A DNA stretch of 63,891 bases, counting the filler, from Octopus bimaculoides (Eukaryota), in NCBI RefSeq assembly GCF_001194135.2. It is 7 parts of 7 records of this genome, joined end to end, with 100 filler letters (N's around TTAATTAATTAA, not from the genome) between each part and the next. Parts side by side here need not be neighbours in the genome. Positions count along the whole stretch, not along the records: positions 1 to 15,061 come from NC_068994.1; positions 15,162 to 29,409 come from NC_068987.1; 5 more parts are not named here. The stretch is one strand, 5' to 3'. Numbering within the stretch: the stretch's first letter is position 1; the number at the start of each line of letters is the position of its first letter. A model generated the notes under the pieces. It worked only from the letters and a program-made list of their open reading frames with translations. It did not search any database and was not told where the DNA came from. This document shows positions 13,691 through 26,469 of the stretch, piece after piece. The translations under genes were made by a program, and so were the position numbers.

Positions 13691-14519
13691 ACGAACTAGC
13701 CGCCTTTCGTCCTCTTGACCCGCGTACTAAAGAATATCAAGAAAGAGAGAGAGAGAGAGGGCGTAGGAGGGGACAGAGGAGGAAGAGCGGGGTAGAGGAG
13801 GAGACAGAGACAGACAAACAAATAGACAGGCAAAGAAACTGAGTTGCGAAATGAAATAATATAACTAACGAAAGAAGGACACTGGAAATGGCAGTGTTTG
13901 GTGGTGGTGGTGGTGGTGGTAATGACGGTGGTGCAGATGGCAGCAGTGGCAGCGACGGCAGCTATGGTGGTGGTGGTGGTGGTGGTGGTGTTGGCAGTTG
14001 TGAAATGATAAAAGACAACAGTTGTACGGGAAAAGACTACGAAAGGCAAATCGTTAAAGATGTGAAAAGGAGAGAATCAATGTAAATACAAGTGCAAGCT
14101 GGAATACATCACAGCCGATGTTTATAACATTGGTCTTTCTAGTGATAAGTGGTTTGTAGAGTCGAGGTTAATAAGTCAGATTTATTTTGTTGTAGAAACA
14201 ATCAGCAATTTATGTTTTACAAAATAGAATCTAGTATTTCACTGACGAACAGCAGCCAATTGGGTAACTGAATATGACACAAATAACGGAAAGGTTATAA
14301 ATAAAAGATTTATAGAAATTGAATTTTAACACTCCAATACATACAAAAATATAACTGTCACTAAAGCACTGGATTTTTCCAGCTGTGAAGAATAACTTGA
14401 GTTGAGTTTATATCTGTATCTTTCGCAGATTATTATTATTATTATTATTGTTGTTGTTATTATTATTATTTTTTTCTCATGCCATCAAACTGACACTGGA
14501 GTAGAATATACGAAGCTCA

Positions 14520-14917
14520 GTATACCCATCATGACTACCTGTCTGATAAGGATACACCAGGCACATCCATCACAACCATATGTGTGCGACATGGTGATCT
14601 GATATCAAGATAAACAGCACATGACCTCACAGGTGGGGCCCAGTTAGGATTTTCTTCAGGTCGGGTAGCCTATCCCGCTCAAAAGGTCACTGAATAAGGT
14701 TTGCTTAAGGATTTTGAGCAAAACACCCATGTTTCCAAAGGTGACTTATTCAAACCCCAAAGAATTCTTCTCAACACATGGCTATGATGCTCCCCCACTA
14801 CTTCTGCTCGTGATCAGAGATACACGTATCGTCTGCCACCAAGGGACATGCTCAACTGGTTAAGGTCAAACAATTGACAAGCAAATCTGTGGTATTGAGC
14901 AGAATATTTGCTGTAGC
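14520..14917. repeat. Interspersed repeat of unassigned class
   Basis: GC-richer block with no ORF; recalled as an octopus repeat family, single copy in this window. Confidence 0.4.
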
Positions 14918-15664
14918 ATTATTATTGTCTTTGCACAGCTTCTAACACTGGAGATGTACTACTGTTCCCTACCAGTGAACTAAAGTAACACCCCTTATTT
15001 TTCGAGCACCACTGCGCAGCCCCTATTTATTCCATGTACTTCTCAAAACTTTTACTCACTGNNNNNNNNNNNNNNNNNNNNNNNNNNNNNNNNNNNNNNN
15101 NNNNNTTAATTAATTAANNNNNNNNNNNNNNNNNNNNNNNNNNNNNNNNNNNNNNNNNNNNTCAACCACTAGAACTGCTGCCGCCCGTTAGAACCACGGC
15201 CAACACTACCATCACCAGAGCCACCACCTCCGCCATCACTGGAACGACCACCACTACCATCAACACCACCATCATCGATCACCGAAGCCGCCGCCGCCAC
15301 TACTGCGCCATGAATCCAAAAGTGCAAAAGGAGAAAAAGTAAATCGAATGATTTCCTGGAGTTTTCTGATTTATACTCTTTCCTGTTGCTGAGTGTAGGC
15401 AATAGGGTGGTGGTGTTGGTGGTCGAGGTAGGAAGTAGTAACAGCAGTACTGGAAGCTGCGAGGTGACTGAGCAGTGTTGGGGGTGAGGAGAGATCAACG
15501 GTGATAGTAGAAAGTGGATGGACACGATTAGAGCAGGCGATAGTGATGTGTGACGTTGGGGTTTCTTTCCTTCTAGAGGTGTCCAGTCACTACTTGGAAA
15601 ACGTCACCACCACTGCCACCACCAACAACAATAACAATAACAACAATCACCATCAGTAAGGTAC

Positions 15665-15975
15665 AACGTGGGAGCCTCTACACGTTCGCTCGACCGGCTA
15701 AAAAGAGCAATCAAGTTTTCCTCAAGTTTCTCTCTCTCACCTTAAAAAACAGACTCACTGAAAATTAAAAATGACGAATGATTTACGGCTGGAATGCCTT
15801 TGATCATAAATCCGTTCAATCAAGACTGACCGGGAGCTAAACAACAACAAAAAAGCAGTCAGACTGTTCCCATATTACATTTTACAATCTTTAAACTGTA
15901 GTTCTCAACACAGTAATCCTGAAAAGATGGGGCGGCCATGGTTGGAATGTCTTTGAGCTGGGGTTAAACAACAAC
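15665..15975 (+). repeat. Two tandem fragments of a repeat ending ggctaaacaacaac
   Basis: ggctggaatgcctttgatcat...gctaaacaacaac and gttggaatgtctttgagctggggttaaacaacaac; related fragment at 27775-27955. Confidence 0.55.
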
Positions 15976-16683
15976 AGTAACAACATCGTTGCTAATAAGA
16001 ACTATACAACCATCTCCAGCCAGTTGCCACTGCACCATCATCACCGCCACGAGACAATAAATGGTTATACAGTCTGCTAGAAATAACAGTGAAATTTTCT
16101 CAAAAATCGTGCCCCGATGGCACCAGGCCAAGGGAAGCCCTGGATCGCAAAATTTAATTTTAATGTGACCAATCACACCCTATTTTATTTCATGTTCGTG
16201 ATTTTCTTTTCGCTGGAGTCACGCATGATATGTTTCAGGGACAGACCTCGTTAATTTGTCGCTGTAGTGCGTTTGCTTCTCATTAAATTTGTTAAACAGT
16301 AACCAGCGGATTAATACCGTAAATAATATCTTCCTTACTTTGGCATTTTGTTTCCTGCCTCTCTTATTTTCGGTAACATTTATTAAGTGTTTCCGCGTTT
16401 CTGCAGTCCATCATTTTCCATATATGTCGAGTGTCAGTGACCAGATCGCTTTTTTTTTGTCTTTATTGCCGTACACATTCACTAGGTTTCTTACAAAGGG
16501 GTCTAATGCTCTTAGCTTACATTTTTTTTGGGGGGGGGGACCTGATCGAACCATCTCAAGTGTAACTGCCCGAAATGGTCGTGACTTCTGGTACTTGACT
16601 GAAGAAAAAATAAAAGTCGGCAAAACTGAAAAATTACGGAAAGAGAGAAGGGACAAAAATCCTTCCTAAATATGCGAAGTAAT

Positions 16684-17283
16684 CACCGTTTTTGGCATAT
16701 AAGACCTCAATTGCTGTTACAAGCCAATTTCAGTTCTACATATTATCTCCTCCAGATAGGTGTATCAAGTACACATAAATGTATTATCGCATTTAAACTT
16801 GAGATAGTGCAATATGTTAAAGAATATGGAAGCAAGGCAGTAGAGAGAAATTTCGGACCTCCGCCTACTGAGAAGATGATTCACCAGTGAAGGAAGAACT
16901 TTTTAAAAATGAAAACATACAGGACCATAATATTCGTAGAATATTCCAGCAAAATGGCCATACTTAGAAGATAACTTAAAAACATGGATATTAAAAAAAA
17001 AGAACTTAGGATATGCAGTGACTAGGAAGATAATCATTTTGGAAGCATTCTTGCAAGAGTGAATGATTTCAAAAGAATTACTGGCTGGTGTTTTCATTTC
17101 ATGAAACAAAATGGCTTCAAGTTGCAAACAAGGACAAAGTTAACACGGAATATACCTGCAGAATATTCCATAAATTAGAATTTCATAAATCTGTTATGAA
17201 TGTTAGAACACAGAGTTGTTCCAAACTCCCTCAGACTAGAAGTACGAATGTAGTCCTTCCGACTTTTGATGTACCATCTAATT
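16684..17283 (+). mobile_element. pogo-superfamily (POGK-like) DNA transposon, 5' half, pseudogenised
   Basis: TIR-like (t)accgtttttggcatataagac; AFKLEIVQYVKEYGSKAVERNFGPPPTEKMI, AKWPYLE, GWCFHFMKQNG, KLEFHK, TFDVPSN; truncated by (TA)n. Confidence 0.85.
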
Positions 17284-17287
17284 AAAT

Positions 17288-17327
<40 letters not shown>

Positions 17328-17973
17328 TGAAACATCTGTCGACGAGATCAGATTACTGCCTTTGTTAATTTTCAATCAATCGCGTGGACGTGGGTTAGGT
17401 CAATATAACAATTTGTTTTCTCCAGAATTACATTTCCATAATTAGGATGCGTCTAACATGCCGCAGAATACGATAATTAGCTCAACCAACTTGTTCTATG
17501 ACATTTTGGCATGTTAAGCAAAAGGTTTAGGTTCCCTTTCAGCCCCAACTCTGAAACTGTTATCTTCCGTTCGGATGATATGTTGAATATACAGAGGTCA
17601 CTCAAATTCCGGCTCTTTGGTCTTTGTCATTATCGCTTCACCAGAAGCCACCCTCATAATAAACACAATATAACTGCTTTCTTTTAGGCTGTATTTGAAA
17701 TCTAAACTTATGTGTTTTGGAAATGGAAAAATAAAATTTTCTTATTTGTACATAAACAGGCACACCACCGATTTTCCGACAAATGATGAACCAACATTTC
17801 TTTTAATCTGGATAAATTACGAGAACTTGAAATTCCCTTGACCGCCAGTCTAGTTCACTACGCGACCACAGGTGACAAAGCATTTACGTGTCTTATGTAC
17901 AGAGGGTTTCCAATTTAATGCTTTTCGCACTTAATTTACACTCCAGGTGGGTAGGTTGGTGGAACTTTTAAAG

Positions 17974-18323
17974 CAGAGGTTCTCAACCATTTTTAATCCA
18001 TGGACCCCTTTAAAATACTATTTTAGTCTGGTGGATCCCCATAATCATTCAATATTTAAAAAATAGTTATATAGAAACTTATTTCAAAATTCCTATTTTG
18101 TTTTTCACACATTAGCTTTTGTAGGTTGAACTAAATAAAATGTTAGAGAAAGAAACCTAGCTGTTTCTTGCAATGCGTACCATTACATAGATCTAAAGTA
18201 AAAATTTTTTAAGGGCCCTTAAAATACTATTGTGGATCCCCAGTTTACTATTTGTTGCGTGGACCCCGCCAAATTCTTACATGGACCCTCAGGGGCCATA
18301 TAGGCCCCAGTTGAGAACCACTG
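17974..18323. mobile_element. hAT (Charlie-like) MITE
   Basis: TIRs cagaggttctcaac / gttgagaaccactg; imperfect 8-bp flanks ttttaaag / ttttagaa. Confidence 0.85.
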
Positions 18324-18479
18324 TTTTAGAAGGTCAGGCAAGATGCCTTGTAGTATATGTTCCGGCTCTTTGTATACTGACAACAACACCTACAATTATT
18401 CTGGTGCCAAGGTGTACTGGATCAAGTTAGCAGCCTTTCTTTTGGATAAACATTGGTAACATGGAGAAAGAGCCCTGGC

Positions 18480-18792
18480 TCTCCGTCGGTTGCAACGACG
18501 AGGGATCCAGTTAAACCGATCAACGGAACAGCCTGCTCGTGAAATTAATGTGTAAGTGACTGAGCATTCCACAGATACCCTTATCCTTAACGTAATTCTC
18601 AGGGAGATTCGACGTGACATAGAATGTGACAAGGCTGGCCCTTTGAAATACAAGTACTATTCATTTTTGCCAGCTGAGTGGACTAGAGCAACGTGAAATA
18701 AAGCGTCTTGCTCAAGGACAAAACAGCCGCTGGGCATTAAACTCACAACCTTACGATCGTAAGCCGAACACCCTAACCACTTAGCCACACGC
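18480..18792 (-). mobile_element. tRNA-derived SINE (family D related)
   Basis: Reverse: gtggctaagtggttagggtgttcggc...gtccttgagcaagac...ggatccctcgtcgttgcaaccgacggag; same tail as 57652-57697. Confidence 0.85.
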
Positions 18793-19047
18793 TTTCGAGG
18801 AAAACTTACAAGCACGAGCATCTCCATGCCTTACTCAAAATCATCTTGTCAGGTCTGCACACACATGTGCGGAGACATGCACATCGTTGACCCACAGAGA
18901 TCTAAGGTAAGATAATCGACTATACTCGTCCAAAATAATCCTCTCTACTATAGGCACAAGAAACCCCAGTTTTCAACTGATACTTATTTCATTGACCCCG
19001 AAAGATGAAAGGCAAAGTCGGCCTCGGCGGAATTTGAACACTCGCCC

Positions 19048-19145
19048 TGCCACCTCAAATCGTTTCTAATTTAGACAAATGATCATGAACTCGCCCCAAA
19101 TAATTCGAGATCTTTTGTCTAAATTAGAAACGGTTTGAGGTGGCA
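19048..19145. repeat. Short palindromic element with 36-bp arms
   Basis: gccacctcaaatcgtttctaatttagacaaatgatc versus reverse complement of gatcttttgtctaaattagaaacggtttgaggtggc (2 mismatches). Confidence 0.85.
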
Positions 19146-19189
19146 AGTTTACTTGGGAACTGCAATTTAATTAGACGAACAGATGAGGG

Positions 19190-19385
19190 AGTCGTTACTT
19201 TGTTGGACAAAATGTTTGCTGCTTTTCTTCCGAGTCTTTACGCTCTGAATTCAAATCCTGCTGAGGTCGATTGACTTTCGTTCTTTTCGGGTCGATAAAA
19301 CTAAGTACCACCCAAGTACCAGGTTGATGATGTTGATTAACAGATTCCTCCAAAGTTACTAGTCTTCTGCCAAAATTAGAAAAAA
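19190..19385 (+). mobile_element. SINE family A, degraded
   Basis: ctctgaattcaaatcctgctgaggtcga...tttcgggtcgataaa...aagtacc. Confidence 0.75.
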
Positions 19386-20751
19386 ATGATTATTTTTGCA
19401 TTTTCTCATNNNNNNNNNNNNNNNNNNNNNNNNNNNNNNNNNNNNNNNNNNNNNNNNNNNNNNNNNNNNNNNNNNNNNNNNNNNNNNNNNNNNNNNNNNN
19501 NNNNNNNNNNNNNNNNNNNNNNNNNNNNNNNNNNNNNNNNNNNNNNNNNNNNNNNNNNNNNNNNNNNNNNNNNNNNNNNNNNNNNNNNNNNNNNNNNNNN
19601 NNNNNNNNNNNNNNNNNNNNNNNNNNNNNNNNNNNNNNNNNNNNNNNNNNNNNNNNNNNNNNNNNNNNNNNNNNNNNNNNNNNNNNNNNNNNNNNNNNNN
19701 NNNNNNNNNNNNNNNNNNNNNNNNNNNNNNNNNNNNNNNNNNNNNNNNNNNNNNNNNNNNNNNNNNNNNNNNNNNNNNNNNNNNNNNNNNNNNNNNNNNN
19801 NNNNNNNNNNNNNNNNNNNNNNNNNNNNNNNNNNNNNNNNNNNNNNNNNNNNNNNNNNNNNNNNNNNNNNNNNNNNNNNNNNNNNNNNNNNNNNNNNNNN
19901 NNNNNNNNNNNNNNNNNNNNNNNNNNNNNNNNNNNNNNNNNNNNNNNNNNNNNNNNNNNNNNNNNNNNNNNNNNNNNNNNNNNNNNNNNNNNNNNNNNNN
20001 NNNNNNNNNNNNNNNNNNNNNNNNNNNNNNNNNNNNNNNNNNNNNNNNNNNNNNNNNNNNNNNNNNNNNNNNNNNNNNNNNNNNNNNNNNNNNNNNNNNN
20101 NNNNNNNNNNNNNNNNNNNNNNNNNNNNNNNNNNNNNNNNNNNNNNNNNNNNNNNNNNNNNNNNNNNNNNNNNNNNNNNNNNNNNNNNNNNNNNNNNNNN
20201 NNNNNNNNNNNNNNNNNNNNNNNNNNNNNNNNNNNNNNNNNNNNNNNNNNNNNNNNNNNNNNNNNNNNNNNNNNNNNNNNNNNNNNNNNNNNNNNNNNNN
20301 NNNNNNNNNNNNNNNNNNNNNNNNNNNNNNNNNNNNNNNNNNNNNNNNAGGTTCAACGACTTTTGCATTCATCCTGGCAAGGTCGATGCAATAAAAAACA
20401 AAACAAAAAACACTACGACAATAAAACAAAACGATAAAAAAAAGCAAGCAAAAAAAAACACATTTACTGAATCGAATTAATCGATTATGCTTCCTCTAAA
20501 ATTTGTAACCTTATCTTTTAGAAATCAATATTATCACAATTGCTTCCATTATTGTAACTTTTATAGATGATGTTTTCATTCTTTGCTTTCCCGCTGTTGT
20601 TGCTCTGGCACTAAAAAATTGTCCTGACGTTGCTTCGATTGTGATTAGTGGCATAAAGGTTTTTTTCTTCTTTTTATTAGTTTTCTGCCGTTGTCTTTTA
20701 CTTGGTTAACTGGTGGCAAAAGCATTATTATTACTATTATTGTTGTTGTTA

Positions 20752-20801
<50 letters not shown>

Positions 20802-23339
20802 GTTATTACTATTTACAAAAGCTTCTATGAAATTGTTGTTGTACCCCCTCATTTGACTATCATTAGTGCTATATTATCACTTAACCTTTCACCTCCAACA
20901 ATCATCATCATCATCATCATTTTGCACCTAATAACGTTGCCGCCGCCGCCGCAGCAATGCAACAGCAACAACAATTAGCAATATTGGTTGTTTTTGTTTA
21001 TAATCCTTAGTATATCGCCCCCACCCCTTATCACAACAATTACTCCATTACTCAGTTACTACCACTCCACCACCACCACCAACAACAACAATAAGTATGT
21101 TATTAATCTTACTATTATCAACAACTTTATGACTGCTAACTCTACTACCACTACCACCACAACAATATTTACTATACCAACTACTTCATCGATAGGAACC
21201 TTATCATCACCACCAACGTTATTATCCTCACTATATCAACCGCTTTTATTCTTACAACCCTACCACTACCTCTACTACCACCACCACCACCACTAACAGC
21301 AACAACAATACTGTTACACCACATCGACCATTACTTCTAGTAAACGCTAGCAACAGCCACAATCACTATAATCACTTGGTTGAAAGAACGAGAGTTGAAA
21401 TGAGCCACTATCATCGTCTTCATCATCAGCAGCAGCAGCAGTAGCAATAGCAACAACATCATAATGGGCAATGACAATAATTGTAACATCACCAGCGATG
21501 ACAACGACAACCGCAACAACAATAAACTCGAGTCCGACAATAAAAACCACAGCATCATCATCATTAATTTCTTAAACAATAATTTCACCATTACTAGCAA
21601 AAAACAACAGCAACAAATATAAAAGACAACATAGAAAGAACAGCAACCTCAACAACATTTACGATATATATATATATATATATATATATANNNNNNNNNN
21701 NNNNNNNNNNNNNNNNNNNNNNNNNNNNNNNNNNNNNNNNNNNNNNNNNNNNNNNNNNNNNNNNNNNNNNNNNNNNNNNNNNNNNNNNNNNNNNNNNNNN
21801 NNNNNNNNNNNNNNNNNNNNNNNNNNNNNNNNNNNNNNNNNNNNNNNNNNNNNNNNNNNNNNNNNNNNNNNNNNNNNNNNNNNNNNNNNNNNNNNNNNNN
21901 NNNNNNNNNNNNNNNNNNNNNNNNNNNNNNNNNNNNNNNNNNNNNNNNNNNNNNNNNNNNNNNNNNNNNNNNNNNNNNNNNNNNNNNNNNNNNNNNNNNN
22001 NNNNNNNNNNNNNNNNNNNNNNNNNNNNNNNNNNNNNNNNNNNNNNNNNNNNNNNNNNNNNNNNNNNNNNNNNNNNNNNNNNNNNNNNNNNNNNNNNNNN
22101 NNNNNNNNNNNNNNNNNNNNNNNNNNNNNNNNNNNNNNNNNNNNNNNNNNNNNNNNNNNNNNNNNNNNNNNNNNNNNNNNNNNNNNNNNNNNNNNNNNNN
22201 NNNNNNNNNNNNNNNNNNNNNNNNNNNNNNNNNNNNNNNNNNNNNNNNNNNNNNNNNNNNNNNNNNNNNNNNNNNNNNNNNNNNNNNNNNNNNNNNNNNN
22301 NNNNNNNNNNNNNNNNNNNNNNNNNNNNNNNNNNNNNNNNNNNNNNNNNNNNNNNNNNNNNNNNNNNNNNNNNNNNNNNNNNNNNNNNNNNNNNNNNNNN
22401 NNNNNNNNNNNNNNNNNNNNNNNNNNNNNNNNNNNNNNNNNNNNNNNNNNNNNNNNNNNNNNNNNNNNNNNNNNNNNNNNNNNNNNNNNNNNNNNNNNNN
22501 NNNNNNNNNNNNNNNNNNNNNNNNNNNNNNNNNNNNNNNNNNNNNNNNNNNNNNNNNNNNNNNNNNNNNNNNNNNNNNNNNNNNNNNNNNNNNNNNNNNN
22601 NNNNNNNNNNNNNNNNNNNNNNNNNNNNNNNNNNNNNNNNNNNNNNNNNNNNNNNNNNNNNNNNNNNNNNNNNNNNNNNNNNNNNTGTATATATATATAT
22701 ACATGTAATATATATATATATACATAAGACAGAGATAAATATGTGTACATGAGTATGTGTGTGTGTATATATATATGTGAGTATGTGTGTGTTTGTGTGT
22801 GTGTCACTCTCAAGGTTACAACTGCAAAGAAAACTACCACTGCAATAACAACAGGTGAATGTGACAGAAGTGGGAAGAAGGGGTGAAGGAAAGCCAATTA
22901 AAGGGGTGAAAGAAAAAAAATGTGGCGTAGGGAGGATGAGGGAAATGAAAACCAGTGTTCAAAGAAAGCATTAAAAACAACAACAACAACAAGGTAATGA
23001 TATCTATGTTAGCTGGTCTAATTAGTGAGATGAAAAGTTCTGTTGTAATCACCACCACTGGATCTTGTCAAGAAACCGACACAAATGACGGTTAGCTGGT
23101 GTTTGGGTTTGTTTTTTAATGGTGATCTTTAATTTCTTTTTTGTTTACTTTTTGTATAGCGATTTTTTAATTTGATTTTGTGAAATCTAAAATGGCCGCC
23201 ATTCACAAAGATGATGTTGGTTGGAATGTGAGAACACTTTAAAAGGAAACAAATAAAATACCGTCCTCCATGTTGTGTTGTCATGGTTTTTTGCTTTAAC
23301 ATTTTTGTTTGAAATTATTTCCCTTTCATTCCCTCTCCC

Positions 23340-23452
<113 letters not shown>

Positions 23453-23664
23453 NNNNNNNNNNNNNNNNNNNNNNNNNNNNNNNNNNNNNNNNNNNNNNNN
23501 NNNNNNNNNNNNNNNNNNNNNNNNNNNNNNNNNNNNNNNNNNNNNNNNNNNNNNNNNNNNNNNNNNNNNNNNNNNNNNNNNNNNNNNNNNNNNNNNNNNN
23601 NNNNNNNNNNNNNNNNNNNNNNNNNNNNNNNNNNNNNNNNNNNNNNNNNNNNNNNNNNNNNNNG

Positions 23665-23985
23665 TCGATAAATCAATTATCAGTTGAACACCGAGGTCGA
23701 TGTAATCGACTTTCTCCTTCCACAAAATTGCTGGATTTGTACCAAAATTTGAAATCATTATTAATATTATTAAATTAGCAAGTAGGCAGAATCATTAGCA
23801 CGTCAGGCAAAATGCTTAGAGGCTTTTCGTCCGTCTTTGCGTTCTGAGTTCAAATTTCGCTGAGGTAGACTTTGCGTTTCATCCTTGGGGGGGGGGTCGA
23901 TAAAATAAGTACCAGTAGAGCACAGGGGACGATCTAATCGACTTCCCCTAAAATACCTGGCCTTATGCCAAAATTTGAATAGCTA
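23665..23985 (+). mobile_element. Two tandem SINE family A copies
   Basis: 3' part 23665-23760 followed by near full copy 23775-23985. Confidence 0.85.
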
Positions 23986-24074
23986 TTATTCTTGCTAGTA
24001 GCGAGCAAGAGCGACGACTTTCGTGGGGAGACTAAGCGTCGACAAGAATCAATTGGTTGATCTGTTCCGGAGGA

Positions 24075-24230
24075 CATTCGCTCCAGCCTCTCGCACCTAG
24101 ACGCCATAGCTTCTCAGCCTTTTCTGCTGTTACAGCTGCTATTATGGTCTCTGGTACTCAGAGGTGCGCAGAGTTTATGGTACCTTTACACAGGTAGTCC
24201 CTTCATCATCACTCGTTTCTTTTCCACAGA
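24075..24230 (+). mobile_element. CR1-like LINE 3' fragment (sense copy)
   Basis: Aligns at roughly 80-85 percent (by eye) to the reverse complement of 24530-24675. Confidence 0.7.
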
Positions 24231-24339
24231 TATTTCCCAGGAATCTCTGGCCTGTCAATGTTACTAGTGGTGAGGTACATTTCCGGTTCGAGATAAACTT
24301 TACAAGAAAGGGCTGGATCCACTGTTTTCGTGAGACCTG

Positions 24340-24960
24340 GGCCCGTGAGATCCTATCAGCCTTTACATGTCAATGTCTGATGCTGCTACTCTTAGCAAGT
24401 CAATACCTGCAGTGAAGGCACGAGAAGAAAAAGACAGCTCTAGGAAGCCAACTCTCTGGGAAGGAAGTATTAGACATAGTGCCGAGTGTGGAGCTTGGTG
24501 TGGGAGTGGGCAGACAACAAAAGTGATGAGCGGAGAAGAGACGAGTGATGGTGACGGGATTACCTGTATAAAGGTACCATAATCTCTGCGCACCTCTGAG
24601 AAGCAGAAGCCATAATACCAGCAGAAAAGGCTGTGAGAAGATATGACGTCTAGGTGCGAGAGGCTGGAGTGAATCTGTGAGTGATTTCATGTTAATCAGT
24701 CGGACGGTCCATTTCTGGATGCAGTCTAAGATTATTGAGTGCAGCAGTAGCAGCAGCATCCTAAATGTGAGAGCAGTACTCTATCATGGGCCTCATTTGA
24801 GCTTTGTAGATTATCAGGATGCGGTGTCTTCTGGACCTGAAGAGAAGGAGCAGTGTTTGGGATGCGTTGCAAGCTATCTTAACGACACGGTTTCGTCAAA
24901 AGAGATCCTCACCATTAGAAGCATTTGTGAAAGATGCAGTTGAATTGCTATTCACGAATA
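24340..24960 (-). mobile_element. CR1-like LINE, post-RT C-terminal remnant
   Basis: ASQTLLLLFRSRRH..LIIYKAQMRPMIEYCSHI*D..CIQKWTVRLI..DSLQPLA.RR, matching the CR1 motif YKAQIRP.MEYCSHIW...Q..AIRLI...LQSL.HRR. Confidence 0.8.
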
Positions 24961-25692
24961 TAGGGGAGTGGGTGCGATGATGATGATGCTTTATTTTTTC
25001 ATGTGCGAAACGTTATACAGTGCCTCAGAACAGGATCTAAGGGCAAAATAATAGGAATTGGTAAGTGGTGGGAGTGTGGTGGGAATGAAAACAGAATTGT
25101 TAGATATTAAGTTTAGGAGATATTTAAAGGGGAACTAGGAAACGGAAAGGAGTCTAGCTGGATCCGTGAAGACAGAAACGCTTGGTAGGTAGAGGACTGT
25201 GTAAAAATTAAGACTGTAGTGTAGACAGAACACGCACACTCATAAATACATATATATATCTATAATAATAAGTCGTTTTGACTTGTACACTTTATTTCGC
25301 CTAACTGCTTATTCAACCAGTTTAGTTGAATAAACCATCAGGTGAAGCTTACAATTTGGAAATAAATTCAGTATTGAGTCTCTCCATTATTAAATGTTCT
25401 GTTGTTATACTTAAAATTGCTTTAAAAATTCCCTTGATTTAGCACACAAACATATACGTGCGCTTGTCCATATATGTATGTATGTATGTATGTATGTAGG
25501 TAGGTAGGTAGGTATAACGTTTCTAAGTCAAGACTTGCAGGGGAGACATGACCAAAGAGGGAATTACAAAAGCAAATGCATTTATGTTTGTACAAGTGTA
25601 AACATCATATATACTATTCTATATTTTTGAGATGAAGAATTATGTACATTATTTACAATGAACGGATAGGTGGCCTCATCTTGTTTGTTGTT

Positions 25693-25739
25693 ATCACAAT
25701 GTTCCGGCTGATGTACTCTCCAGCCTTCATCAGGTGTTC
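25693..25739 (-). ncRNA. Degenerate minimal type I hammerhead ribozyme motif
   Basis: GAACAC-CUGAUGA-A-GGCUG-loop-CAGCC-GGAAC-AU-U-GUGAU; stem II perfect, GAAA mutated to GGAA. Confidence 0.5.
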
Positions 25740-25826
25740 TGGTGGAATTTCGAACCCAACCTTTTATTTGACTAATAAACAGTGTACTCCATTAGTAAAA
25801 AAAGGGTTGGGTTCGAAATACCACTA

Positions 25827-25875
25827 GAACAGCTGATGAAGGTTGGAGAGTATATCAGCCGAAACGTTGTGATAA
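25827..25875 (+). ncRNA. Minimal type I hammerhead ribozyme motif (dimer type)
   Basis: GAACAG-CUGAUGA-A-GGUUG-GAGAGUAUAU-CAGCC-GAA-ACGU-U-GUGAU; intact core, palindromic ACGU stem III, damaged stem I. Confidence 0.6.
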
Positions 25876-26149
25876 CACCAAACAAGATGAGGCCGCCTAT
25901 CCGTCCATTGTTATTGTGTCATATATACTATACTTATCTTCTCAAATACACTCAGAAAGATAGACATATATTCATCAAGTAGGTGACACTCAATTTTCCA
26001 AAGTTGTCGGTAAGTATATTATTTAATTAAAAAAAATTTAGAAACACTCTATTACGATATCTATATATAGATGTAACTGGATACCCTTCCTAAAAAGAAA
26101 TTCTTAATTGTAAAATATCTGTGAGAATGCGTGTGTGATTAATACATGC

Positions 26150-26150
<1 letters not shown>

Positions 26151-26221
<71 letters not shown>

Positions 26222-26270
26222 GGATGGATGGATGGATGGATGAATGGATGGGTGGATGGATGGATGGATA
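26151..26270. repeat. (GATA)n-(GGAT)n compound microsatellite
   Basis: Direct reading. Confidence 0.97.
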
Positions 26271-26469
26271 GTTATGCATGTTGCTAGGTGAATAAACGTA
26301 TTCATAGATAACTGGGTAGAAAGGTTTAGCTGAAAGTCCGTCAGACTGCACCCATTGGGAGAATAATTACAAACAACATTCCATCGCTAAACTTTAAACA
26401 CCTCGCTTTATATTGTTCGCATAGTAAGCTACATAATTCTTACAATCTCTTTATTTCCTGTGATTCAGA

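Larger units (their letters stand above)
25625..25950. mobile_element. Penelope-derived palindromic element (about 150-bp arms, about 14-nt loop)
   Basis: Left arm 25625-25775 is the reverse complement of right arm 25790-25945; each arm carries a CTGATGA..GAAAC motif. Confidence 0.8.

Noticed and set aside
15106-15117. TTAATTAATTAA islands centred in N runs (also near 29454, 38826, 46208, 56669, 62813)
   Set aside because: Identical 44N+12+44N = 100-bp spacer with stops in all six frames; an assembly gap placeholder, not biology
18853-18906. 54-nt segment with a good acceptor and AAG|GTAAGA donor
   Set aside because: Open translations (VCTHMCGDMHIVDPQRSK or SAHTCAETCTSLTHRDL) resemble nothing; could be a chance pair without RNA evidence
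20500-20980. Long hydrophobic open frame (INIITIASIIVTF...)
   Set aside because: Derived from (ATT/GTT)n low-complexity sequence, which lacks stops in that frame
23189-23203. Overlapping YY1-like sites aaaatggccgccatt
   Set aside because: Isolated short motif with no promoter context or nearby exon evidence
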